DNA from: Octopus sinensis
Lineage: Eukaryota
Assembly (NCBI RefSeq): GCF_006345805.1
Contig: NC_043006.1
Span: 62,372,001 to 62,436,000, forward strand
Length of the DNA: 64,000 bases
Direction of reading: 5' to 3'
Each line of letters starts with the position of its first letter. Position 1 is the stretch's first letter. Positions 11,357 to 24,721 of this stretch are shown here, piece by piece. Below the pieces are notes generated by a model. It was not told the origin of the DNA. It saw only the letters and a list, made by a program, of their open reading frames with translations, and searched no databases. Position numbers and translations under genes: made by a program.

Positions 11357-11961
11357 ATTTTTCATTATTTATAATTGCCTCCCTTTTATATTTAACTTTC
11401 TTTAAACAGACGATCATCAAGCTTTCTTTCAATAGACAATATCATAATTTTATGGCTTAAATTTACACAAATCTACTTATATTATATTCTATTAACTTTG
11501 CAACTTTTAAGCCGAAATAACCTTCCAGAACAGTCAAACATCCATAGACACAGAAAAAAATAATTCTGAGGTGCAAAAATGTTATTTATTTATCTTATAT
11601 ATTGTTATCAATGTTTATCAGAAGAAAAAATTCAGCGTTCATCGATTAAAAGTGAAAATGCTGTTGTTGTTGATAGAGAGAGATAGGGTGAGAGAATAGA
11701 GAGAGAGAGAGTGTAAATAAAAAAGGGAGAGTGAGAGAGTGCATGTGCGTGTGCGTCTGTAGAGAGATAAAGAGAAAGAGTGCGAGAAATAGATAGAGGC
11801 AACGTTCATTAATAAATTGAAAAGAGAGATAGAGAGCAAGAGACGCTGTTTGGTACCATTCCCTTTGTCATGGTTATTACCAATTTGTCTCTTCTCTCCT
11901 TTTTTAGTCTTACTTATTCTGTTACTCACTTATTGCGTGATTTTGGGCATACTTACAAACG

Positions 11962-12124
11962 AGGCATAGGAGTGGCTGTGTTGTAAATAGCTTGCTTACG
12001 AACCGCATCGTTCCGGGTTTAGTCCCACTGCATGGCACTTTTGGTAAGTGTCTTCTACTATAGCCTTGGACCGACCAAAGCCTTGTGAGTGGATTTGGTA
12101 GACGGGAACTGAAAGAAGCCCGTC

Positions 12125-12202
<78 letters not shown>

Positions 12203-12420
12203 ATATGTTTGTGTGTCTGTGTTTGTCCCCGCCAACATCGCTTGACAACCCATGCTGGTGTGTTTACGTCTCCGTAACTTAGCGGTTCGACAAAAGATAT
12301 CGATAGAATAAGTACTAGACTTACAAAGGATAAGTCCTGGGATGGTTTGCTCGACTAAAGGTGGTGCTCCAGCATGGCCACAGTCAGATGACTGAAACAC
12401 GTAAAAGAGTAAAGAGTAAA
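11962..12420 (+). mobile_element. tRNA-derived SINE family A (octopus OK/OR-like) with internal (TA)n
   Basis: Head GTGGCTGTG..GTTCC..GTCCCACTGC, body GGATTTGGTAGACGG..GAAAGAAGCCCGTCG; further copies at 21820, 29512, 51805, 62010. Confidence 0.85.
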
Positions 12421-12769
12421 CTCATTATAATAGATAGTCATTATAGCCACTTCAGATTTACCATATTGAACCGTCCCCATTTTGTATAATAATATATGAA
12501 AATAATGCATGGATGTATCAGTATGGGTAGAAGAGTTATGTGTGGTGTGTGAACAATAATGTGCCTGTCAATTATGAGCGATTGTCCATATGCGCTGATA
12601 TCACTGAATGTGAGTAAATGTAAGCATGGCTTCGAATAAAGTCGAATGTCATTAGACAAGAATATACACAGTAGAATGTGAGTGTAAATACGTATGAATT
12701 AGTATACACAAAAATGTATGCCTATATCTTAAACATCCCCACACATTCCTTCACACAAACACCATACAT

Positions 12770-12930
12770 ACATACACACATACATACATACACACATGCA
12801 TACGTACACACATACACACATGCATACATACACACACACATACATACATACATACATACATACATACATACATACATACATACATACATACATACATACA
12901 TACATACATACATACATGTGTGTGTGTATC
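12770..12930. repeat. (CATA)n/(CA)n microsatellite
   Basis: Direct reading. Confidence 0.95.
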
Positions 12931-13344
12931 TGTGAATTACGCGTTAAAAAATCGGACGAACCTGGTGTATGTTCAACGATCAAGGATTATCTACCAAAAT
13001 CACGAGCCCGCAGAAGACTCGTGTTGTTTTCTGGCTTGCTAGAAGGCCACTGCGAGTGAGGCTTCTCTCCGCTTCTTTAAATCCATGTATTTTGGAGAAG
13101 ATCATTCTCATATAAAATCGGATATACAGCGAATAGTATTATATACATTAGGGATATTTTGCTTACGTTTGAGTTCGTGGCCTTCTCACATTCCTGAACA
13201 AGGGGCCCATATTAACGCTCGATATCTTGCCCTGGTTTGGATCTGGACCATGTCAGTATGGTAGAGTTGGCCAGTAGAGTGTTGTACAAGCCTTCTTTTA
13301 CCTAATAATTTTGTTCAGAGATAATAATCCTCGCTCATGTGTGG

Positions 13345-13353
13345 ACAGCCGTC

Positions 13354-13392
<39 letters not shown>

Positions 13393-13776
13393 GTGTGTGT
13401 GTGTGTGTGTTTGTATGTGTATGTATGTATGTATGTATGTATGTATGTGTATGTATGTTTATGTAGGTATGTGTATACATATATATATGCATATATATAT
13501 TATGCATATATATATATATATATATATGCATATATATATATGCATATATATCTATGCATATATATAATATATATATAGCATATATATATATATATATAAA
13601 TGCATATATATATATCTATATATATATATATATGCATATATACATATGTATATATCCGTATATATATATGTGCATATATATACATATATATATATGCATA
13701 TATACATATATATACATATGCATATATACATATATATATGCATATATATATATGCATATATACATATGCATATATG

Positions 13777-13843
<67 letters not shown>

Positions 13844-13860
13844 ATATATATACATATATG
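13345..13860. repeat. Compound (TA)n/(TG)n/(TGCATA)-type microsatellite
   Basis: Direct reading; source of many spurious YI/HI ORFs. Confidence 0.95.
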
Positions 13861-13861
13861 C

Positions 13862-14190
13862 GTCCACAACAAAAATCTCAATCGCATCTCATAACAACAT
13901 TGCGGCACAATTATTTCACCTCAATTGGACCCGCCCTCTTCAACATTACACCAAGACACGTCAAAACAGAAACTGACCACACAAAATTCAAGATGATTTT
14001 GGACAAATTCCTTCAAGTAGTCCCGGACAAACCACCCACACCCGGATATGTCTCCGCAAACAATAACTCTCTGCTCGAATATGCCTTGGTGCCCAAATCC
14101 TGAATTGAAAGACTTCACCAGGTGGTGCTATTAAGTTAGACATGGCCTGGGCCAATACTGGCCAAAACCTTTCTAAGTTATTCTAAGTTA
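13862..14190 (+). mobile_element. 3' end of a CR1/L2-group LINE
   Basis: Peptide [41 protein letters not shown]. Confidence 0.7.
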
Positions 14191-14375
14191 AGTTATCTAT
14201 CTATATGTATGTACATATATATATATATATGTGTGCGTGTGTATATGTATGTACGAAATGGTCCTGGCTTTGAGTAAACAAAATACAGGGGGATCAATTA
14301 ATTATAACGTTAGTTAACATATTCCCCTCTCAGATTGACACACTTAATGCAGAAGTCTTTCTCTGTTTCTAAGCC

Positions 14376-14410
14376 CTGAAGAGAACTCGGAATGTTGGGT
14401 CTCGAAACCC
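14376..14410 (+). ncRNA. Decayed hammerhead-like motif
   Basis: CTGAAGA, G-C-closed stem II (GAACTCGG/TTGGGTCTC), GAAA; stem I and cleavage triplet not recoverable. Confidence 0.35.
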
Positions 14411-14959
14411 TTTAAAGTCAGGAACTTTCAGCACCCACCTCGTATTTACATATATATATATGCAACTATATATATCTAAGTATTACAGTGTGTCTCTTAG
14501 ATTATGTGATTATGCATAGATGTACATATAACGAAAATTACATGAATTAGCAAAGCGAAGAGGAATTTATTTCATTTGCATATTGGAACACACACTCATC
14601 TCGCAAACACACAGATACATACACACATATGTTTATATGCACTGACACACAAATGAGTATGTGCATGCATAATTCGTTTCGTCTCCGTCAATGAGTCTGA
14701 AATTTTTGTCTATTCATTAAATTATGTAATGCAATGATTATCGCTCTAATGAAGTTCATTACATTGATTCCGAATTTCAAGAGAAATATTGCAATGACGA
14801 AACGGATATATCCTGCAGCTCTGGTCATTCATCAGAATGTTGAAGAGTCTTTACAGGAATCAGGTGAACTAGTCGCTATTATGTCGTGACACTAGTTCGA
14901 CAGTTGCCCTCAACCACCCATATTTCCTCAGAAATCAAGCGATAACGCTAGTTGTTATT

Positions 14960-15130
14960 TCATAGGTGTGTGTGTGTGTGTGTGTATTTTTGTGTGCATA
15001 CATGTAAATATACATGTATAAATATATGTGTATATATATATATATATATTATATGTGTATGTGTGTATGTGTGTGTATATATATGTGTATGTGTATATAT
15101 GTATATATATATATGTGTGTGTATGTGTGC

Positions 15131-15188
<58 letters not shown>

Positions 15189-15245
15189 ATATATATGTGT
15201 ATGTGTGTATGTGTGTGTATATATATATCTGTGTGTGTGTATATG

Positions 15246-15332
<87 letters not shown>

Positions 15333-15349
15333 CTGTGTGTGTGTATATG

Positions 15350-15392
<43 letters not shown>

Positions 15393-15400
15393 TTGTGTGC
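14960..15400. repeat. Compound (TG)n/(TA)n microsatellite with higher-order repetition
   Basis: Direct reading. Confidence 0.95.
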
Positions 15401-15561
15401 GTGTGTGGAGAGAAAGAGGTGGATAGCTAGATAGATAATTTTATATTCTAGTATACACCTTATTGTATGCCGTTTCGAGACTGATTACGTCTATCTGATA
15501 TAAGGGCACAGGTTTTATTTCTGGGATTCCTTCCTATCTGTAGAGTACTTAAAAATATATC

Positions 15562-15792
15562 TATTTCTTTACTACACACAAGGGGCTAAACACAGAGAGG
15601 ACAAACAAGGACAGACAAACGGATTAAGTCGATTATATCGACCCCACTGCGTAACTGGTACTTATTTAATCGACCCCGAAAGGATGAAAGGCAAAGTCGA
15701 CCTCGGCGGAATTTGAACTCAGAACGTATCGGCAGATGAAATACGGCTACGCATTTCGCCAGGCATGCTAACGTTTCTGCCAGCTTGCCGCC
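15562..15792 (-). mobile_element. tRNA-derived SINE family B (octopus OR-like)
   Basis: Minus head GGCGGCAAGCTGGCAGAAACGTTAGC and body GAGTTCAAATTCCGCCGAGGTCGAC; related pieces at 31861, 34142, 46515, 47565, 53455, 58100-58440. Confidence 0.85.
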
Positions 15793-16214
15793 TAAAAATA
15801 TATCCAATCAAGTTTCGCGTAATGTGTTTTAAGCGACAATTTCTGTAATGTGTTCTGGAACACACATTTATCTATAAATTTGGTTCGACAAATATTTTAC
15901 AAGTAGTGAGGTGAGAGCAGTCATTTAGTTGCAGGAACCAGTCGACTAAAGAAAGATCGACACATAACATAACAGTCATATAACCAAACATGGGTCCAGC
16001 TTAATTACCAAAATGATGGAGAAACCAGAATCCTACAGAACTTGTTAATGTTTCATTGTGTCCGAATAACTGTGCAAATATTACGAAGGAATAAACGCTC
16101 GATGTTAATTTCATGATTGCCTTTCTTATTCATACAGACTCATCGAACACGTACCATAATATTGAACAATAAACTGCACCTTCGTAACACGTTCTTCTCC
16201 GATAAGCAATAATA

Positions 16215-16530
16215 TTTTTTGTTTTGTTCGTTCCTTCTCGAGCCATGCCTGGCTCATAAGGGCCGGTTTCCCGATTTCTTGGCGTATAGGTTCCCCCACC
16301 TGGACGGGACGCCTGTCCGTCGCAGGTGAGCTGCAAGATGCAGGAGGAAAGATTGAGAGAAATTTGTGGCGAAAGAGTCAGAAGTTCGCCATTACCGTCT
16401 GTCGGAGCCGCGTGGAGGATTAGGTTTTTTTTGCTGATAAACTCACACATCGCCCGGTCTGAGATTCGAACCCGCGATCTCTCGACCGCGAGTCCGCTGC
16501 TCTAACCACTAAGCCATGTGCCTCCACATA
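16215..16530 (-). mobile_element. tRNA-derived SINE family C
   Basis: Minus head TGGCTTAGTGGTTAGAGC..GGGTTCGAATC (A and B boxes). Confidence 0.75.
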
Positions 16531-19083
16531 AGCAATAATATGACTTTCAATGTATCAAACAAATCCAGAATCAAATAAGTAACTGCGTCAAATAAAATGT
16601 TAAAAACTATTGATGAAAGACCGTTAAATAAACCATAATCAACCATGCGATCAGGAAAGAAATAGACCAACCGCTTATTCAATCGGACCTAAGGTACTCA
16701 TTCTACCACAAATCACAACTATGTGTTGCTTCAACGTAATGTTAACGTAATACTACGTTCCCAGGCAATCCTGGCACCTTACATGTCAATACATGTAGAT
16801 TCCAATTAATCCTTCTCTTTTCACTTATTTTCTCTTCCTTTGTCTATTTTATACTCCTTTTCGCACGATTCTCTTTCACTAGTCACTCGTATCATGAGTA
16901 TCATTTTTTTCCTACTTGCATTTCTATGATTCTAATTTCTTGCTGTCTTTTTGTTCGAAACCTCAATGTAAACAGACGTTGGAAATTTGTATGTTATCAG
17001 TTCTAAATCATTAAAACTTTGTTTTTTTGCTTTTTTGGTTTTTTTTATAGTAACATGAAACGTTAAATCGTTTCTTGTTTCCTATTACCGAACCTTTTCT
17101 TTGTACGATCTAAAACCGATATTGTTTGATTCCATTTTTTTTCTCTTTGCTATTTTGCTTTTCATCACTTTTACATATCACTACTCATTTATTAATTTCC
17201 TAGTCTTCCTTTTAACCTCCTCATTTTACTTCTCTGCTTTATCTTACTCGTATTTTCATTTTGTCTCTTGTACTCTCTCTATACGTTTCTACAGTTCTAT
17301 ATGTATTTGGAAGTATATATATATACATATATGCGCTGGTCTCCATATTCATGTATTCATCCATATGTAAACAAGCATGTCCTCCTGTCTATATGTCCTT
17401 GAGATACAATATAAAAGTTAGCACTTAATGAAAATTGTTTAATTCTATCAGAACTCCAATTTTGTAAGACTCAAATCTATCAGTTTGACTGCAAGTTTAT
17501 CTATCAATTAAACCGGAGGCAAAGTATTTCGTTGAAAATAAAATGAAAAGTTTTATTTTATTTACTCATTTCGTTATTACACCAACAATTGAGAGGAAAC
17601 TCTGGCAAACTAAATTGTATGTCTCACTCGCTCTGTTTTATTCCGTCTGTCATTCTCTTATCAACTCTGATTGGAGGTTTAGCAGTAATAACAGCATTAT
17701 TAAATGTTGTAATGTAAATGTTTAGTATTTTATTCTCTTATTTATTTCGTTCATAGCCGCTCAGTTTCATTAGAGCGTCAGCTAGAATGCTTTTCAGTAT
17801 TCGTTTCTGCGCTCTGCATTCAAAACCTACCAAGATAAACATTGCTTTCGATATCTATCTGTTTACCTATCTATCTATACATCTATCTATCTATAAATGC
17901 ATACATACATACATTAAAATGTCTTGTCATTTTGTCTTTGAGTGAAGCAAGGAGTAATATAATCCTGAAAATATTTAAGTACCAGGTGGTTTATAACCCA
18001 ATCGAAAATATTACAGTGAGTACTGATTAAGGAAATAAAGTTACAAGGCGTGACTGACTGCTTTCAACTTTAGATGCGGCGTTTATTCAGACTAGTGATT
18101 TCTACAAATACTGCAGTATAGTCAACGTTTGGGCATGCATAGTTGGTAAAGGAGGTTTATAAACGTGGCCACTGATTGCCCTATTACTTCAGATTGACAC
18201 ATAATATAGTGTAGAAGTAGTTAACAAAATGACTATATTTTCTAAAACGCATTGAACACTGTAACAAATGCCACTCATGCGCCCATACACACACAAACTC
18301 ATATGCGTATACATAACATTAAGTACTTGGAATGTACTATACAGATCTATAACCAGACGTAAACAACTTTATATCAACACATATATAAACAACTTTATAT
18401 TAACACATATATAAACATGCAAGCCGATATATTCGTATACATACCAAAATATATAAAACATCAGGTCGATATGGAGACACCAGTTGTGTTACTATCCGTA
18501 TTGTAAATCATAATCCCTAGAATTTTTATCCAAAAATATAACATATAAAGAAATGGTACATTGCTAATACACCGTTAATTTCATATTCCAACCAGATTCC
18601 AAGAAAGTGTTAAATATGCAGTATCAGTGTTTCTATACGTTGGGGGCTTCTGACTAACTAAGGAAGATGTCTACTGACGCATATACATGGATGCACTAAC
18701 TGCATTTTCTTCTCTGCTTTCTTTTTCTTATTCGTGTGCACATTGCATATAAAGATTTTTTTTTAGATTCGTCTAAATAACGTTTTTGAAAACTTCTATA
18801 GATAGGATCTATACTACAGGGCATTTTCGTTTCTGTGTGCGTTGCCGCGTCTGTGTCGCTTGCATACTTTGGCTGTGTTTATAATAACTGTAAGCTTATT
18901 TTTACCGGAATATAAACATATACAATTCAGCCATGAATTCACACGCAAAATCACATATACCTTTCTTTTCATTCCTTGTAGATTATAAGCATGACTATAC
19001 AAATATATTTAGGGCTTTAGTCAATATATCTGTGTACACACGGGTATATAAATGAGTATTGCACACATCCATATGCACACAAT

Positions 19084-19163
<80 letters not shown>

Positions 19164-20331
19164 AGCCATCTCTATACACACAAACACGCTCACACACATA
19201 TGTGTGTGTATATCTGTATATGTGTTTATATGCTTATATATGTGATTTTACATAATTACACCATATTATGCACTTAAATGTGTACAAAGATACTTCCACA
19301 CATATACACATAAAATCACAGATATCCATATATGTGCAATTGTTCTCAGTATTTGATAAATATTAAAAACATAAAACAATGAAAGACTCGAACCTAATAT
19401 TCTGTTTCGTACGGCTCGATGGAAAAGAATCTACAATAGTTGACTACAGATATTCGAACACTCAGGATACAATTAGTAAAAATGAGCTCATTGTAATCTT
19501 AGATTTGCCATTTACTTCGAAACTCTCTGCAATCAACAGGTTGTCACCAGTAACCGTGTAGAAATGCATCATCATGTGAATGTTTTAAATAATAGAAATA
19601 AAACAATAGCTGAACTATGACATTAGAATTAAGCCAGTTTGAATTTAAAGTAACAGGAATTTATCATCTTACATTACTTTATAACTCAAGATTGTCAGCA
19701 CCTTTCATTAAAAAGCTCTTATGGAAATATTTGATGTTCCAGAAAATAAAGGAACTTATTTAATCTCCTCAGTAATAGAAATATTCTTGCTTCTTTGCTT
19801 TTTATATTTTTTTTTAACTGCTACAAACCTGATTGATAATTTGCCTGAAATTAAAAATGCCTCAATGCCAAAACACAGTGATTTTCAGTACATGCAAACT
19901 ATACTTGAACTTATCGGATACCGCAACATATCTCGTTCACTGTTTTTCGGCTATATTACAGCTACATGTTATCGTTTTACTATAACATTAAAACATCTTC
20001 ACCAATTTAAGTTTAGAAGCATTTCTTTTAATTCTGTTTTTTTTTCTTTTGTTATTTTCAATTTTTTTCCTCATTTTATGAAATCTTTTACTTATATCAT
20101 TTTTTCTCTCGCACTCTATGCTTTATTTCTCTCACACACAGCTCTTTTTACTTCTCTCTCTTTCTGTATCACTCAAACTCATCCCCACACTTTCACTGAG
20201 AGGTAATCCAAACTCCAAAACATTTCGAACTTTTGATATATTAAAACCTACTTACATGAATATATATATATAATTTAAAAGAAACCACATTGAACTATTT
20301 ACTTTGTTCAAAATTAAGAAGATATTAATTG

Positions 20332-20703
20332 AGTGGTTGTATAAAATTCAATATTTCTAATTACGGTGACTAGTGAACAAATTTCACTGTAAATAGATAT
20401 ATTTGCAAAGGCTTGGTAAGTATCACCGCTAGGGAGGATACGCCACCATGGACTGACGACGGGTAAGACCCAGAAACATGCATGTATCCAGGTTGCTAGT
20501 TCTAGCTGGTGGGGGTGCTTGCCTCCCGTTTGCAAATATAAGGACACAGGAAATGTGTCAAAGCCGAGAGGAAGAGTCGATGCTTCCTAGGGCTTTATAG
20601 CAGTGGTGTAATTCCCTCTACGGGACTGTCACGTTATGTTGACTTTACACAACCACTCTATCGCTCTACCACCGCTCATGTCTCGTTGACAATATTTCTA
20701 AAT
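20332..20703 (+). mobile_element. Retrozyme-like 372-nt insertion with one hammerhead ribozyme
   Basis: 13-bp flanking direct repeat AAGATATTAATTG (20319-20331 / 20704-20716); many nested stems; HHR at 20449-20490. Confidence 0.65.
20449..20490 (+). ncRNA. Type I hammerhead ribozyme, predicted cut GUA|U after 20486
   Basis: Stem I TGGA/TCCA; core CTGACGA 20453-20459; stem II (C.A)GGGT-AAG-ACCC; GAAA 20473-20476; stem III palindrome ACATGCATGT. Confidence 0.8.
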
Positions 20704-21819
20704 AAGATATTAATTGTAATCAAGGATTTCTAATATCTAAAATTTCTCAATCTGTTTAAAATTAAATATATAGATATGTATTTCTAATACGATGCCAACA
20801 GGTCTTTTACTTCATTGTCATTGTGTTGTAGAATCGTTTGTCTTGGCTTTAAAAACAAATTCTCCAGCAAGTTTCATTAAATCATTTCAAATCATATCGA
20901 TTGTACATGTAGAACTATAATCTTTCACTAGATTTAGTACCATTACCAACAAGGCACTTATGGAAAGGACAAAATTATGTTGTTTCTCTGTTATAATGAA
21001 TGTACTTGAATTGCTTACCTCAAGTGTTCTAAAGTGGCAACTTGTCTCACTTACGTATAAGATAATATGTCATGCAATTCACCACTAAAAGTAAAAGTAT
21101 CAATATCACTTTAAAAATAATCTAACCAAGTCAATATACAGTCGTAAACATCTGCATCTCTTCCAGTATTGTAGATAATCAATGCTTCCCCGTTTTATAT
21201 GCTAGACGCAAAATAATTTTTTGTTTGGTTACTTCCTTAGCACGTTAAATATAGCATTTTAACAAAGCTTTTGCTGTGAAGATAGTCAATTTGATATGAG
21301 TTAGGGCGAAAAGGAAAAAAGATAACAGTGGGACTTAATAAATTTCAGAGACACGGCTGAGGCTATAAACGTAAGAGCCATATCATATTTGGGGAGAACA
21401 AATCTGAAGTTCAAAATGTTAGGAAAGCAATATTCGCATTTTTTTTGCCTGCATTCTGACTGCGAGAAATTCTGGATCATAGATACGTGCTTCAGGATAT
21501 TTATACCGGCGTACGAACAAGAGAATGACTATCTGAATTTACTGTTTTTAAACTAAATCATTCCCTACTACTGTCCAATCAGTTGCCTTAATAACAAACG
21601 CGATTGATTAATGCCTGCCGCCCTGTTGGACTGCAAATCTAATTTGTTCAGTTTATCATTCGAAATTAACACGGAACACATTTTCTTTATATCCTTTAGA
21701 AGGTTTTTATTTGCTTTCAGAGGGTAAAATCACTATATTTGTGTAACATTGTTATTTGAAGTTTACTCGGAAACTTCTAACTTTTAATAGTTTCACTCAT
21801 TGCAGTGCAGTCATATGAA

Positions 21820-21977
21820 GGGCTTTTTTCAGTCTCCGTCTACCAAATCCACTTACAAGTCTTTGGTCGGCCCGAGGCTGTAGTAGAAGACACTTGTCCA
21901 AGGTACTACGCAGTGGGACTGAACCAAATCCATGTGGTTGGTAACCAAGCTACTTACCACACAGCCACCTTTGCGCT
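21820..21977 (-). mobile_element. SINE family A, 5' half
   Basis: Reverse complement of the 11962 head. Confidence 0.85.
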
Positions 21978-23199
21978 TCTATTAAGGCCGATCTTACCGA
22001 ACAGTTTCACAATGGGAGTCCCACATGTTACCTCCTGTTGTGTTTACTCCCTTCTGTCTTTCCGTAGTGTATATTCTTACCTGTGCACGCGTTTGCGTCT
22101 GTATTTCTGTGTATGTACATGTGTGTGAGTACGTGCGTGTATGTATATGTGTGTGCGTGTGTGTGTCTGTGAGGGCGTGTCTGTATGTTTAATATGTTTA
22201 TTTTGTGTGTGTCTATATGTGTTTCCTTACTACACTGTTTGTACCGTTTTCTTTTCTTTAGTCATTTCTATTCTGATAGAACAGGATTTTATCGTATATA
22301 CTCTGTTCTATCAGTATTTACGCATTGAAAAATATATCTTTCTACTTGTACTACAATACATTTCAGCGCTTCAAAACCAGACATACGTTTGTTTACATAT
22401 AGCGTATTTTTATTCGTTTATTTATAGTTTTCTTATTCCCTCTTCAGCCTGTTTGTGTATTGTATGTTTGTGTGTGTGTGTAAACTTTTATGTATTACAC
22501 TGTTTGTACCTATGTTATTTTTCCTTCTTTTATTTTGTGTATCGACGTCAGATTGCATGCTGTGGCATGGAATGATGTTATTATTCCATTCGTGTATTCT
22601 GTTGAGCTCGGTCTATTCATTAATGTGTGTGTGGCGTCTAGAATCTGTTGAAGCATCGTGTTTATTGTGTGTTGATAATCTCTTAACATATATGTTATTA
22701 ACCGAGCATTCATTTCTAATTGAGCATATTGGTAGAGCATTGATGAGCTTTTCTTCTCCGTGTGCTCCCTCAGATTTCACCTATCTGCTCACCTAAGTTA
22801 CGTCCTGTCTCCTTAAAGAATGCTGTTTTCCTGTTTATGCACCGTATACCGTATACTATAGACTACATTTCTAAACTTATAGCTTACCTATACAATTGTT
22901 ATCTGTACATGGTGACCTTTCAGATGGACGTGTTATACAGATCGGTGATTTTGTGGGGTATAAATATACACACTTTGGCGAGATGAAAAGTTCATAGGAC
23001 ATCGAAGATACTCTCACGGAATGTGACCTAATGAGATTTTTTCATTATATAGTTCCCCTTACTGTCTACACTCTAATTTCATCGGTATTGTAGTGTCTGG
23101 AACCATCCTGCTAGCCAAAAGAGTCATCAGTAGTAGATATCAAATCGCCATCACAACGATATTGTTTTCCAGCCAAATGCTTTTTCGTCTTCAGGAGGA

Positions 23200-23760
23200 G
23201 ATGAGGGCAAAACAAGAGAATAGGGACAATGATAAGCGAGTTCAAAGTAGAGAAGTCATTGAGACCAAGGATTTGTGTGCTGGAGAAGAGTTCTGATGAA
23301 ACGAGACCCCTTTCCTTAGTTTTCCTGGATGTTTGGTCTTGATAGCCTTTCGTAACTACCTCAACATGTTATGCTACTACTTTCCATTAATTGTGTCACC
23401 CTTTGCAGATAGTTAATACATACAATGCCTTTTCGAGCCCAAAATGCTGAGGGCATCATGTTCCTGCAGATGAAATGATCTCTTCGAAACAGATGAGTAA
23501 GAGTGCTTTCACTGCATGGACTTGCTCCTTTTCTCTGGCTCAAAGTCATGAAGCCAGCATTCATCCTGGCTAAAGGAGCGTTCAAGGAAAACAACTCCAT
23601 CTGCCTCAATATCAGATTATCCTGTGATGCGATCAACCTGGCACGCATTTGATCGGATATCAGAAGACGAGGTACCTATCGAGATGCAATCTGTGTCATG
23701 TGAAGTTCATTGTGCAGAATATTCTCAACATTCGTACGGCATATCTTAATAGCATTGGGT
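23200..23760 (+). mobile_element. Possible ancient I-group LINE RNase H / C-terminal zinc-finger remnant
   Basis: Peptides GHHVPADEM..KSAF, then QIIL..GTHL..CNLCHVKFIVQNIL. Confidence 0.35.
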
Positions 23761-24721
23761 TTATAGTCAATCATCTGTAATCTAGGACCACGTGCTGAAC
23801 ACGATCTATATTTCCTTAGTGAACATCCGGGTGATCTTCAACACTTTCTTCCCCACCCGAAGTAAGCTATTCAATTTTGCAGTTTATAAATCATATTATA
23901 AATCCGGAACAGCATCCAAATATTTAGTATTAGATAATACTGTATCAAGTTACTGCCTCTATTCAATGCATTTCAACCATCACAAATATATTAAATTGAA
24001 ACGCTTTTTTAACATGTATAAGTTTGTTTTGCTAACAATCGCTTGCAACATTATATACCGAAAGCAATCAAAGACAATTATTTTACCATGTAATATTTCT
24101 TTAAAATTTCTCATTGTAATAGACTTCTTACGTTTTTACTGAGATGCAAGTGAAAGATATGATCCGATTAATTTGAAAAAACCTATGCGCTCTATGGCGA
24201 CAAACTTTCATCTGATCTAACATCGACTATTGAACTTCCCACTAAAACACACAGAACTGATTGTTATATCTAGCATATAATGGTTATTTTACAATTTATT
24301 ATCTTCTATAATTATTTGTAAATTTATGCAGTTTAAAACGGCGCTGATAGGACTGATTTTTGTTTTGCTGAACGCTAAAATATGTAATGCAACGATGGAG
24401 TTGGTGACCTGTTAGAAAGATCAGTTAAGTTAACCAGGTAAATGTACATTAGATAAACGCATTTATAGACGTACCATAAGATGCCAGTGTACCATAAAAT
24501 GACAGTGTCGTGGTTGGAATGTTTCTGACTATAAATATGCTTGAATAGGTGTAAAGTTAAACAACACACAAATGTAACTCAGTAAACTTCAACCATAAAT
24601 GCATCACTTGCCATAAGGTGGTTTCCTCACTGGTACATTAACGCACACACACACGTGTGTGTATGTGTGTGTGTGTGTGTGTGTGTGTAGAAGTTTGAAA
24701 AGAAACACACAAGTTGATATG

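Noticed and set aside
14700-14940. Acidic Ser-rich peptide resembling a piggyBac N-terminus
   Set aside because: Low complexity; no catalytic domain or TIR seen.
13298-15434. Long YI/CV/HT-repeat ORFs, including the 284-aa ORF at 26200-27054 and those at 51885-52367
   Set aside because: Dinucleotide microsatellites lack stop codons; not genes.
18361-18416. 26-bp tandem duplication (similar short ones at about 34300, 55145, 60675)
   Set aside because: Two-copy slippage duplications; no spacer structure, not CRISPR-like.
19721-20206. 161-aa hydrophobic ORF
   Set aside because: T-rich low-complexity sequence, no recognisable domain or splice support.
20442-20451. Perfect Kozak GCCACCATGG
   Set aside because: ATG-GAC-TGA stops at once; these bases form the ribozyme stem and core.
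21705-21730. Possible 3-nt microexon cag-AGG-gtaaaa
   Set aside because: Weak donor; expected by chance.
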